Of a stretch of 35,245 nucleotides of DNA, positions 1-11,657 are shown piece by piece. Each line of letters begins with the position of its first letter. Positions within the stretch are counted from its first letter, which is position 1. The stretch is from Dirinaria sp. TL-2023a (taxonomy: Eukaryota), in assembly GCA_051941275.1 (NCBI GenBank), contig JAVEBF010000068.1:1-35245 (forward strand), read 5' to 3'. The translations under genes and the position numbers were made by a program. The notes beneath the pieces are model-generated. The model worked only from the letters and a program-made list of their open reading frames with translations, had not been told where the DNA came from and searched no databases.

Positions 1-365
1 TTTACTTCAATACCTCGTATCTCCCAATTCGCCAAACCCCTCCCTTAGTGAGGGGGTAAAAAACGAGGGGTATAAGGTTTGGAAAAAAAAGATTTAGGTT
101 AAATGGAAGGGTTGGGTTAAAAATGAAACTTGGAAAAAGGAAAAGAAACAAAAAAATAGAAAATGAAAGAAAAAAAAAAAAAACCCCCGGGTCTCGCTCT
201 TTTTTTTTTTTCTCTTGCTAGCTCTTCTTCTACTAAGGTAATCTAATACTGCAGGGCAGTTCCTTCAAGTTTCCCCCCTTGCCTACCTTACCTTATTCTG
301 GAAGGGAGAAAAAAAAGGGGGAAAGTAGTGTGTGTGTGTATGTATGATACTGGATGTTTTATTTT

Positions 366-1999
366 TCACCCCCTCTCACTACCCCTCAACCGCACCGCCT
401 GGCCGTACTTCTGCAGCTTCGTGATCAGCGCGTCGCCCTGCTTGACGACGTCGGCGTACTGCTTGTTCTTGTCGTCCGGCCGGTTCGTCTCGATGATGCC
501 GTTCACGCGGTCGATGGTGCAGGGGATGCGGTCGGCGGCGATGAATTTGGCCAGGTCGCTTTTTGACGGGTAGAAATTAGCAACTGAAGCAACGGTAGGG
601 AAAATTTTTAAAAGGAAGGAGAGGGGGGGGGGGGGGTATCTACCGATCCAGAAAGTCCACCGAGATGCCAAAGTCGTGCGCCATGCTTCCCAGCCCCACG
701 ACGCGGTAGCTCTGCAGCAGCTGCGAGTACCCGCGCAGCCTCATCTCCCGCACGAACCAGCCCTTGTGCTCGTACAGGTACCGGTCCTGGCTGAGGAAGT
801 TCTCCTCCACGGCCGCGAGCGCGAGGAAGAACGACTGGTAGTCGCCGTTGTACAGGCTCCGGACCAGCCCGACCAAGGGCGTGAAGTCCACCGGTGCCTC
901 GACTTCTTGCGGGGCCGCCGAGGATCCCAACGCGGTCAGATTGATCGCTGCAGGCGCTGGTGTGGGCGTTGCCGCCGTGGCCGTGTCCGTCATCTGTTCG
1001 TCGCCTTCGCCGGGCCCGGCTGCTGCTGCGCCGGAGAGGGCGGACAGCTTTTCTTCGCCGTCTCCCAGGATCGCGCGGATTTCGGGCGCGTCGACCACCT
1101 TGGCCTTGAAATCCACGCGCTTCAGCGACACCGAGCCGGCGAGAACGGAGTAGACGACGAGCGAGGAATATGAGCACAGCTCGTAGCTAGTGAAGGTAGA
1201 GAGGCTATCGAGGAGCAGCGGCGCGGCGAGGTTGTACGAGCGCACGGTGAGGAGGTGTAGGCCCTGATACGCTTTTAACCGGTTCCGGCGGTCCCAGTCG
1301 CCTCCGCTGTCGACCAGGTTCTTTGCTCGTTCGATGTTCTTCTTGACGAGAAGCTTGTCGTTGAAGAAGATGCCGATGCGGATGATGGCGAGTACGAGGT
1401 CGATCCTCGTGCCTAGGATGCCGGTTTTCTCCAGCAGCGACTCGTAGGCCGACAGAGCTCGATCCTACCCACCCAAATGGACATGGTCAGTTCTCGATGG
1501 ATCACAGAAAGAGCGTTGAAAAGTTTCGGCTCATCTGTACCTTATCACCTATCCTCGCAAAGAATTCCGCCCTCTTTCCCCTTGCCGCTTGCACCTCTGT
1601 ATCCCCGGCCTTCTCAGCCGCTTCATCCTCCTCCTTCTGAAACCCCTGTAATTCTTCTTCATTCTCTTCCTTCAGCTTCTCGTAGGCCGCCTCGTCCCAA
1701 GGTAGTTGCTCGTCCACTGTCCCCTTCCTGCTACCTAGTATGCTGGCAATCGGCGGTTTTCTCGAAGAAGATATTGAACCTTTGCGTGCTGAACCCTCGC
1801 CGGAGGTGTTCAGGGCGCCATCGGTTGGGTGGGCCAGATAGCGGTATAAAGGCGCCATTTTGTGTTCCGAAATGACATCTTGGAGTTTGCGCAGCGACGT
1901 ACGCCGAGAGGTGAGAGTGGAGGACTTGTTTGAGAGTGTGAAGATGTCTTGAGCGAGGGAGAGGTCGGGGTATTTGGCATATTGAGGATCGGAACCCAT
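366..1999 (-). CDS. rpn7: 26S proteasome lid subunit Rpn7 (PCI domain), ~490 aa; exons 1999-1541, 1464-644, 558-366
   Basis: Typical fungal Rpn7 peptides MGSDPQYAKYPDL, EHKMAPLYRYL, GGDWDRRNRLKAY, TFTSYELC, IDRVNGIIETNRPDDKNKQY. Both GT-AG introns have branch points and restore the frame (1473 nt). Confidence 0.96.
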
Positions 2000-2368
2000 T
2001 GTAGAGGTAACAAGATAATCAGTAGCTCAGGAGGGGTTGCCAGTAATACACTCAGGAATAATCAAAGCACTTTGCCGTTTGGAGGCATGTATTCATCGCG
2101 AACTTTGGAGCTTTAATGTTGGCTCATACCTGACTCTGCGCATGAAATATCGGATAATCAGGTAAACAGAGACCCTAAAATAACCCTCCCATGCAGATAC
2201 CGCAGTAGACACGCACTCCTACCTTACATGCTTCTATCAACATACATAACTCTTCTCGACTTATAGGACACAATCCAATGTGCAGAACAGGAACTGCCTA
2301 GTTACTCATACAATATCTAACACAGGTCTCCGCGCTCCCTATCTTTCACTGCCAAAAAGAACATCCCC
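2000..2368. promoter_or_regulatory. Short bidirectional promoter between rpn7 and abd1 with candidate proteasome-regulon motifs
   Basis: 369 bp separate the divergent ATGs. GGAGCT lies at 2107-2112, and a PACE-like CGGCAAA lies on the minus strand at 2071-2077. Confidence 0.55.
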
Positions 2369-4181
2369 ATGATGGCCACTACAGGCAGCAAACGTTCTAG
2401 GGATGCAGACCGTGATGACGCAGATGGTGCTCCACCAAATAAAAAACGCGAAGCTGCCGAAAAACCAAATACCTACCTAGAGAAAGCTCAGGAAGCTGGT
2501 GATGCTGTCTCAGGACCTCCAGCAGTGAGCCACCAATCCGAGAATCCCAAGCATCCATCGAAAGCACCACTAGAGAAGATCACTCCGACGAGCCGCCCGC
2601 AACTCCCAGCCCAACCTCCTTCCAAAAGACCAGCAGATGACGAACCGCCCGAGCCACCGAGGCCCCGGAAGCGGCCTGGCGCAGCTGCTCGAATATCTAC
2701 AGTCGATAAAGAGGCTTTCTTGGCAAGGCAGAAGCAGAGAGAAGAAGAAGCGCTGAAGGCGGCCACCACCCGAGGGATTGACGATGCGGTACGACAGCAC
2801 TACAACGCTGTACCGCAACGAGGCCGGGATTGGCGGAGCACAGAAAGTCGGATCAAAGGTCTACGAAAATTCAACAACTGGGTCAAGAGTACCATCATAC
2901 ATCGATTCTCTCCTCCCGAGAACGGAGACGGGCCGCCAATTCGAGTTCTAGATATGGGCTGCGGCAAAGGCGGTGACCTGGGAAAATGGCAGTCAGCACC
3001 TCATCCGGTGGACCTATACATTGGGATCGATCCAGCAGAGGTGTCAATCGATCAGGCCAGGGAGAGGTACTCGGAAATGATGAGACGCGGTGGTCGTGGA
3101 GGTCGTGGAGGTCGTGGAGGCTTTCACGGTGGACGAGAGCAAAGAACATTCGATGCCGAGTTCATTGCGCAGGATGCTTTTGGCCAGAGCGTTGGAAACA
3201 TACCGATCGTGCGCAATGTGGGGTTCTCGGAGGATCGAGGCTCCCGATGGGCCAGTGGCGGCTTTGATGTTGTCACTATGATGTTTTGCATGCATTACGC
3301 CTTTGAAAGCGAAGCGAAGACGAAGGGCATGTTGAAGAACGTCGCAGGGAGCCTCAAGCGGGGTGGAAGATTCTTCGGTGTGATCCCGAACTCTGACATC
3401 ATCCGTGCTAGAATTGAGGCATTTCACAAGAGAAAGCCCAGAGCTTTGAAAGACCAGCAGCGAGAAAGGTCTGCCGTGGGGCCCGAGGGTTCGGGTTCTC
3501 CTTCGACTAAGAAAAGCGAGCTTCTTCGCCATACCCGTGGTCCAGCATCGGAGCATCCAAGCAGTGATGGCGATCGTCCAGCGACAAAGTCGGATGAAAG
3601 ACTTGACATTATCTCACCAGGAGGGAGCAAAGGCGATAGCCAGAAAGCGGACTCTTCTCTAAATGACAAATGTGACGAGTTTACCAGCGGTGAGACCGAG
3701 GATACCTTGGAAGCAGAATGGGGAAACAGTATCTACCGGGTGCGCTTTCCGGGCAAGACGCCCGAAGATGGTATCTTTAGGCCGCCGTTCGGCTGGAAGT
3801 ACAACTATTTCATGGAGGAGGCAGTGGAAGAAGTGCCAGAATACGTCGTGCCGTGGGAGGCATTCAGAGCGTAAGTGGGCGTCCCGGCGACTTGGGAACG
3901 TTTGCGCTGACGGCTGCTGTTGGTAGTCTGGCCGAAGAGTATAACTTGGAACAACAGTATCGGAAGCCCTTTGCGGAAGTGTGGGCAGAAGAAAAGGACC
4001 ATCCATTCTTTGGACCATTGAGCGAGCGCATGGGCGTTCGTGGTCATGGCCGGGGCCCATTGCTTGTCAGCGATGAAGAGATGGAGGCTGCGAGTAGGAT
4101 TTCCGCATTTGACACGAAGGATGTGGCTGACATGGTGCGACTCTAGGTTTCTACCACGCTTTTTGTTTCTACAAGGTCTAA
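2369..4181 (+). CDS. abd1: mRNA cap guanine-N7 methyltransferase, ~567 aa; exons 2369-3870, 3927-4093, 4147-4181
   Basis: Motifs VRQHYN, SRIKGLRKFNNWVKS, SAM-binding VLDMGCGKGGDLGKW, FCMHYAFESE, VPEYVVPW and C-terminal FYHAFCFYKV. GT-AG introns keep the frame. Confidence 0.96.
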
Positions 4182-5083
4182 GCCACAGTCTCATCGAGGC
4201 CAACTACTTTGATCCAACCCGCGAACGGTTCGGCGGGGAAACTTAGCGATGTCGACCACACGGTTTGAAATGAGGCGGCATTGGACACGAGGTCACGGGG
4301 CTCCAACATTCTGTGGAGAAGGATGCAAGGTAACCAATTTTTACCTAAGTGAACACAGCTGGTGTTGGAGAGTCTATGGGACGCTTGGCTATCGCTGATC
4401 TACTTGGATCTCCCTTAGAGATCCACTCACCGCCTAGCAATCCAAGAATGCCAATTAGGGGACCTTCCCAAGGCACTACGTTCTCGTGATCGCATCCTTC
4501 TTACCACCACCGACCCGATTTGTCAATGGAAGAAAGCTTGGCTGATCTGGGGATAGATCAGATGGTCGGGATCTTCTTTAGTGCTGCGCTCTGTCACTCA
4601 GCACTCTGTGGCTATTGAAACCAAGTGCTTACTCTGTGTGCACTACTGATTCATTACCTCATTCGATGCAGCAACCACCACTGATACCCAAGCTAGGTGA
4701 CCTTGTGATCCACCAGCCATCGTTGGAAACTAAGGTACCTTTGCCTACGAAATCCGGTAGTATTTGTGACCAAGAATCACTGACTCCAAGCAGCCATGAT
4801 GATTATGCCTACGCCAATGCCTGTTGCCTCTGCCCAAGAGCGCAAATTTCTTGCTGCCACGTGTGAAGAGTTTTATGCCCACCAGCGCCACTCTGCACAA
4901 AGTACGTCCTCCCGATGCTCAATGTTCGTCCTTGTGCTCGGAACACTGAGCCGACAGGAGAAGATCGGTCAGAGAAGCATCTTCAGCCCTATCGCCTAGC
5001 GCGTACATGTAAAGGCAAAGTAATGTACATGTAGCTTAAAAGAATAAAAAAAAAAAGTCAAAATATGCTGCAATACTGCACAG

Positions 5084-5100
5084 TACATACATACATACAT
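5084..5100. repeat. (TACA)n microsatellite
   Basis: tacatacatacatacat in an AT-rich intergenic patch. Confidence 0.7.
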
Positions 5101-6145
5101 AATGGAAATGCAATTATATCTACGCCTGAATGCAATTCTGACACCAACCCCCTGCGAATGCTTATCATCGCAAATACTGTACAAGACTGTACTTCTGGAA
5201 GACCCACTTCTCAAACTCTCGGGCTCGGGTCAGAAACACTGTTACTACTCCTTGCTATCTCAGTACATCTGCCACCCTGACCGTATTCCGCACCCTGCCT
5301 TCTGTCGGCGATGCCGTCCCACAGTCTCACAATTCGGGCATCCTGTTGCCGTCGCCATTTTCATTCATATTATGACCATGACTCCACTATTAATACTGTA
5401 ACAAGCGGTGTCCCTCCAAGAAGGATCCCTCTTGGCTGGCGAATGACGATGATGCGAAGAATGCGCCCGTCCCTTCCATCATTATTTCCTGCTCGTATCA
5501 TCAGTCATCACGACCCAGACCAGCCCGAGGTCATCCAATCCTTTAATCCTGCCTGGAATCCAGGTGACTTTTGGGAATGTCATGCGCCCCAGTGTCCCCC
5601 GCCCCCTACAGCCCGCGATTCAAGGAGCCTGGTTCAGGGTGGTTTCGTAAAGGATGGCTGTCGGACAATCGATTTAAGCGCGCTAATCGCCACACACGAA
5701 TGCGGTATTGCCGATATCCCTTGACTGACTGACCTTCCCCCAAAACCACGTCGATCTCCCAATCCTCTAAGACTATATTTATTCCCTCCCACTGATTCGC
5801 AGTCATGGATCACCCTAACCCCCGCATGCGCAACTGCCCGTTCCCTGTCTGCGATCTCTTGTGGGGCGCCTCGTCATTCTTCGAGTCTCGCCCCAGGTCA
5901 AAGAGAACGGCATGTCCGTCGAGGGCAGCGTTTCATTTCCGTCACGGCTCATGCTGTCACACCCGATCATTGGCCTCACTGACTCAAACTAATTAATGAT
6001 CCTCTTATAATCCTATTTGCCCCCGAAACCCTTTTCTTAAGTCATCGCTCCCCGTATGGTCCCGTGTATCTCCCTTCAATGTTGGTATCCTTAGCTTTCC
6101 TCCCTTTTCCTTCGCCGTCGCCTCTTCCTTGTCAAGACCAGCACG

Positions 6146-7653
6146 ATGCGGCTCTCGAATTTCCTGTGTACCATCAGCGCAATTTGTTGTATGCTCTGTC
6201 CAGTCCTCAGTTCGCCAATCTCGGGCTTTCTGGACAGTATTAACCTCGCACCGCCGTCGCTGCTGGGGTCTCCCTCGTTGGAAGAGCGGCAAACCGTCAA
6301 TTGTACAGATCCAAGAGCAGATTTTTTTGAAGAATGTTGGGGGTATTTGAACTTGACTGCTTGGCTTCAAAACTGGAATCAGACAACGCGGATATGTAGC
6401 AACGTGCCGGATGGGACGGATTCAGATGGATCGGATTGCTGCTCGGCAGACGAGCCGTGGACGACCTGCTTCCTTCACCTTGCGCACGGCGTCGCCGGCG
6501 CTGATTGCTCTGAAATAAACGCACAACCGTGTTCCTGGAACGTCGATTTCATGCGCACCTTGACTATTACCCCCGAAGCTTATTATGTCATGAGAAATAT
6601 ATACGGTATGCCATCTAGAGAACGCAGGGTCTTGAGACGAGCTTGCTGATTCGCAGAGCAGTTGTCAACAACTTCTTCACTACTTATTATGAAGCATTGG
6701 TAGGGGCGGTCGGCCGAACGACTCTTTCAATTACCTCCATCGTCAACGAACTGGACCCGAATGAACCAACGGGCATTCCGTGGGCGGATATCCTCTCCGT
6801 TATCACCTTCGGCCTTGCTTTCTTAGGTGCTCCTACCTTGGCGGTGACATTAATCGAATCAAGCTTGACTCCCACAGTCAAGCTTGTTTCGCAAGCATTT
6901 TTGATCAGCCTACAGCAGGCGCCCGGTGTCACCAAAGCTCTCTTCCCAACAGGCACCGAATCGTCCAAGGACATCCAGATTGGCGATCTCCAAACCGACC
7001 TGGGACAGGCGTCCGATCAGTTTAGCTCAATGATTAATCGTGCACTGGAGCTCCTGATGTCGGACGTGCCGAGCTTCATTTATTTTGTCCAGAGCGGCAA
7101 GTACTCCGGCGATATCAACTTCTCTCTGCCCAACCAAACCGACGGCCTAGACATCGCGTTCAAAATCTACATCACCTCGATGGCCATGGGGGGCAATGGC
7201 TGGTATGCTTCCATTTCCGTCGGTCCTTTTCAACCGGCCGACATCAGCACGCCGTACAATTGCACCTTTGCAGAGAACGGTGTCTGCACCACCGATGGAG
7301 GGGCCGCATGGTATCTCAGCCCGGACACAGGACGGCTATTCGGGCTGAGTAATTATGGTTACAAATCTGTCACACCTTACCAGCTCACGCAAGATGTAGT
7401 GAACAACAAATGGGCCCCGTTGAACGTTCTTTTCGACGGCTCTTTCAATTGCACCGCGAGCGGGAAGGCGGGGAGTGCGGATGTCCAGTTCAACTTCGAC
7501 GGCACGCTCGATATCGCATGCATATCGCAGCTGCCCATATACAAGCCTTGTGACGGCTCACCGTGTCCCGCCCCGCTGATCAACGGCACCTGTCCATTTG
7601 GCGACATTTCGGAGGCCAAGGATGCGCCGCCAGGGTTTTGTAAGGGTACGTGA
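6146..7653 (+). CDS. Secreted Cys-rich protein of unknown function, ~483 aa; exons 6146-6605, 6662-7653
   Basis: Signal peptide MRLSNFLCTISAICCMLCPVLS and a propeptide ending LEER|Q. One intron (GTATGC...GCTGAT...CAG) joins the two ORFs in frame. 8 Cys lie in the mature N-terminal domain and 8 in the C-terminal domain. Confidence 0.85.
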
Positions 7654-8953
7654 CAACACTGGTGGGCCAGGAGCCCATCGTCCTGGTTCACCACCCGACC
7701 GAGACCGGTCCACCGATACATAATGGTCTATGTGTTTCGTCTCTTTGGCATGCATAGCTATCCATGGCGTTCTTTTTTTTGTCCGGTCCGGTTTTAGCCG
7801 GAAAGGCATGGGTTTGGACATTACCCTAGCATAGCGTTGCCTTTTTACTAGCGATACGATATACCACGGAGGTCCTTCGAGCCGGGTTGCGCTGGAGCGC
7901 ATCCGAAAAGACAAGGTACAGGTTTCACCTTTGTCTTATATACATAGACAAGTTAAAAAACTAGAGATAACTAGATCATCATCATTAATATCTGTCTTTC
8001 CTCCCATCTTCATTTCTAACAAACAAATTGCATATGTACGAGAAAGCCAGCAGTCTACCAGCACACCACCCTCCTCATTGCTCATAGCCATAGCCATCTG
8101 ATAACGCATTCCGAGCCCCAACGATGCCTCGGATCATCGGATTTCAGTACACCCATTTTCCAGCCCTGACAGTGACAGAGTGCAAATCCGCAACCCAAGA
8201 CCATTTTAAACGAAGAAGTGACTATAAACTGAATCATCATCAGAGTACCATCACCAGATAGATGAAGTTCATCAAAGGCTGACGATGATAAGGAAGACTA
8301 AAAGAGAGACATTGCTAGATATTGAATGAAGAGTGGGGAAGGAGTTGTGAAGACTTGGAGAATTGTCGTTCGTCATATCGCTGCGGGCGCATGAGCAGGT
8401 CTGCGGAATATGGTTGGTAGTAGTATTATTAGAGGCGTGACTATGTAAGGTAGGTCTGACGAGAGAATGTCGATTCTAGGGTTTAGTTTAGGGCTAGGGT
8501 CAGGCAACTTATCAAATGTTCCAGCAGGCTGCCTCAAACACGAAACAAAGCGATAATTCGTGTGAATGCCCCCTAGCATGTGGGCTCAAAGTTACCCCCT
8601 CAACCCTGCTACGGGAAAAATCTGGTGCCATCGACAAAAAATACGCCACCAGGTTGGCAAGTCAGGCATCGTATGACTACGATCGACCATGCGATACGCG
8701 CTACGTGCATGGTGCGGCGCTATGGGAAAGCCACAATTGCATGTTAGAGCAAAGATGGTGAGCGTTGAAGCATCATTTGGCATGAATTCTAAGCACAAGG
8801 TATGAAAAGATAAGGTTTAGGAAGGCATCACCTATGGTGCCCTTGGGAGGTATAACCCTGGACAGGACTCGACATTGAGGGGTCTTCGACATCAAAGAGT
8901 GACACGGAATCCTGTCTAGCAGATTTTGAAGGATGGATCTACGCCTCATGGCA

Positions 8954-11200
8954 TCATGCAGTTTGCGCGATATCTTTCTCACTCTCGCCTTGATCCATTC
9001 TTTTCGCTATTGTACGATCCTGCTCCGGATCTTGCCCCATTCCTACCTTCTCCACTTGACTCCCTCCTTCTTCTTGCCTCACTTTCTCCTCCCCCTCTCT
9101 CAGACGCTGTTGGCTTGTATCTTTTCCATTGTATTCTTTGTCCATCCTTTGCATGAGTTCTTGGCCTGGCAGCAGGACCGCGCGGTCGATTGCCATTGGA
9201 AGCCCTCGGTGACGGCCACGGATCATCACCACAATTAATATCAGCTTGCTGAGAGTGTGCCAAGCCCCACAAAAGGAGTAGTTGTCGTAGGGAACGCCGT
9301 TGCTGAGGCCGATCGTGCCGAATGCGGAGACGGTTTCGACAATGACACTGAAAAGCGAGAAGCCAGGGGCTGGCATAGCGAGTCCATCCCGCTCGACAAT
9401 GCAGATCAGCCAGATGGGTATGAACAGCCACCATGCATCGAGAGCCAACTGCTTTCGGAAATGCGTCTATAGAATTTAAGCATGACAGACGCCAGGGTTC
9501 AGCCTAGTGGACGAGCTTACCCCGATATAAGATTTCTCGGTCTTTGGTGCCTGGGCGTGATCGTTGGTATCCTGCACTCCAAGGGATCTCTCCTCGTATA
9601 TGTTTGTCGACCGGATTGAGATTATGACCGGGAGACCGGAGACATACATGGCACCGGTATAGAGCACGAGCAAAGCAGGCGCCACTTCGCTCAGGCTAAG
9701 GATGTAAAATCCTGTCATGCGCACACCCAAAGCTTGGTACAGACCCGAGATAACCCGAGGTCCGGCGGGGATTTGCCATACGGGAGGATACCCGATCTGC
9801 AGGATAAACCAGAAGGCCCACAGGAGAAGATGAAGCCCGCCCTGGATTGCGGCGAGGTACCACGTGTTGATCGAGGGAAAGAGGAGAATGAAGCAACGAC
9901 GCGGATGATCAAGCAGAAACGCAAAGCTATGGCGAAGTCTTGAGCGTTGCGGGATCAGCTTGGCCATTGTCCAGATGGTCCCACGGAGAAACACGGGGAA
10001 GAAACCATTTCCGGCTAACATTACGGCGCCAGTGAGTATCAGGATCAAATAGAAGCCCTGAAAAGCTGTTGTGCAATCAGTGCTTGAATAGACATTAGAG
10101 CCAACATGTTGACTAACGTATCATACTGGCGTTCAGGAGGCTCAATCCGCCGTTGGCAAAGCCGGAGAAGATCACGAAAGTAGCCCACCTTCTCGATATC
10201 AGCGCCGGGAAATTTATAGTTCGATTCTATACAAAAAGAAAAAAGGAGCCTACCATCCGGGTATTAGGTTACCGGGCTGCGAGTCTCTAATAATCGCCGC
10301 AACATCTCCTCTATAACTATATGGCACGAGAAAAACCAGCCCTAAAGCCAGCCAAAAGAGGACATACGCCGGCAACAGCCAAATAAGCACGCCTAGTGCG
10401 CGGTATTCGACACCGCCTATTTCTTCAAGTTCCGTCTCACTCAAGGAGCGGAAACGGCCCTAGAAAAACGCTCAGTACCGACCATGTTCCGACAAATGAC
10501 CGGCTACCTTTGTATCCAAGGTCGGCTCAAAGGACAGATACTGAAAATTTCCGTTCGATGCTGGTTGTTTGGAGGATCCAATTCTCGAGCTAAGGTTCTG
10601 AAACACTGTCGTATCCCACGGATACGGAAAGCCCCCGTGGCCAACTTCGAGATGACTACTCCGGATCTTTGCCTTGGACAAAAGCGCTGGCCCTTGTTCC
10701 GAGTTTGCTGATCGACGCCGGACACTGCCATTACCGGACGCACTTCGAACGTGACCGAATTCTTTGTTCGGCGGTGCGCTCTCGCGATCGATATCCTCTA
10801 CAACTTGCCTTCCTGCCTGGGAATGCTGCACGAATTCATTGGCATGCTGCCTGAAAAAGTGGCGTCGGATCCAGATCGTCGCCACCGATACAGTGACAAT
10901 GTTCCCCAGCAACAATAGAATCGCCAACACGGACTGCTGGAACGCCGTGATGGAGCCCAGATTGACGGTGTTGAGCCCCGTGTTCGTCATGGCGCTCGCG
11001 CAGAGAAAAAGAGCGTCGATATACCGAAGGCGGAATTGCGCTTCGGCGTCATCGCTGTTCCCGTTTACGCCGCTGCCGTAGACAATGACGGAGCTGACGA
11101 TGATGGTGAGGATGAAGTAGCTCAGGTGCACGCGATAGAAGTTCCAACGAAAGTAATCCCAGGGGTGGCCCTTGGAGAATAGACGACGCAGTTGGTCCAT
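8954..11200 (-). CDS. Trk/HKT (TrkH-family) K+/cation transporter, ~675 aa; exons 11200-10508, 10459-10254, 10188-10118, 10065-9521, 9466-8954
   Basis: NFYRVHLSYF, YIDALFLCASAMTNTGL, EEIGGVEYRAL, SGFANGGLSLL, FLLDHPRRCF, SIRSTNIYEERSLG, ETVSAFGTIGLS and RGRHRGLP. Four GT-AG introns give 2028 nt in frame. Confidence 0.93.
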
Positions 11201-11657
11201 CGACGACAATTCGTCTCCGGAACCTTTGGAAAAAGGAATAATTTTGAAAACAACAAGTCGGAATTTAATAAATTGAACATGACATAGCGTTCTATATGAG
11301 TACGAAACAACTATCGCAAAGGAGATACAAGTCAGATTTTTGTATACACTGTGTGCAGCGCTTCTGACGTCATGACACAATTGCAGCAGTTCTGTTTCGC
11401 GATAACAGAAAGGTATGCATAGATGCGTGATTGATTGCTTACTCGAGGTTGAAATCTTCAATGCAGCTTGCTGCCATTGCGGCTAGCTCTGGATGGTGAT
11501 TGTCCGATAATGCATAGGCCGTGGAGCTTGGCCACACCACCCTCCTCAAATTCCGAGCAACTCCAGCCTATGAACAAAAACCAGATCTTTGATAACGTCG
11601 CAGAAGATCTTCGACGTTGGTTGAAACGTCGTCGGAGACTAGAACCGAAAATAATCG

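Noticed and set aside
608..1177. Overlapping alternative-frame and antisense ORFs in rpn7 (and similar ones in other genes)
   Set aside because: These are shadow ORFs caused by high GC3 in real exons.
4600..6000. Several short Cys-containing ORFs, possibly a relic secreted gene
   Set aside because: No consistent frame, signal peptide or splice model could be built.
11201..11461. N-terminal extension of the Trk ORF (MKISTSS...)
   Set aside because: It begins at a TTG and is AT-rich UTR-like sequence. Family similarity starts after the ATG at 11200.
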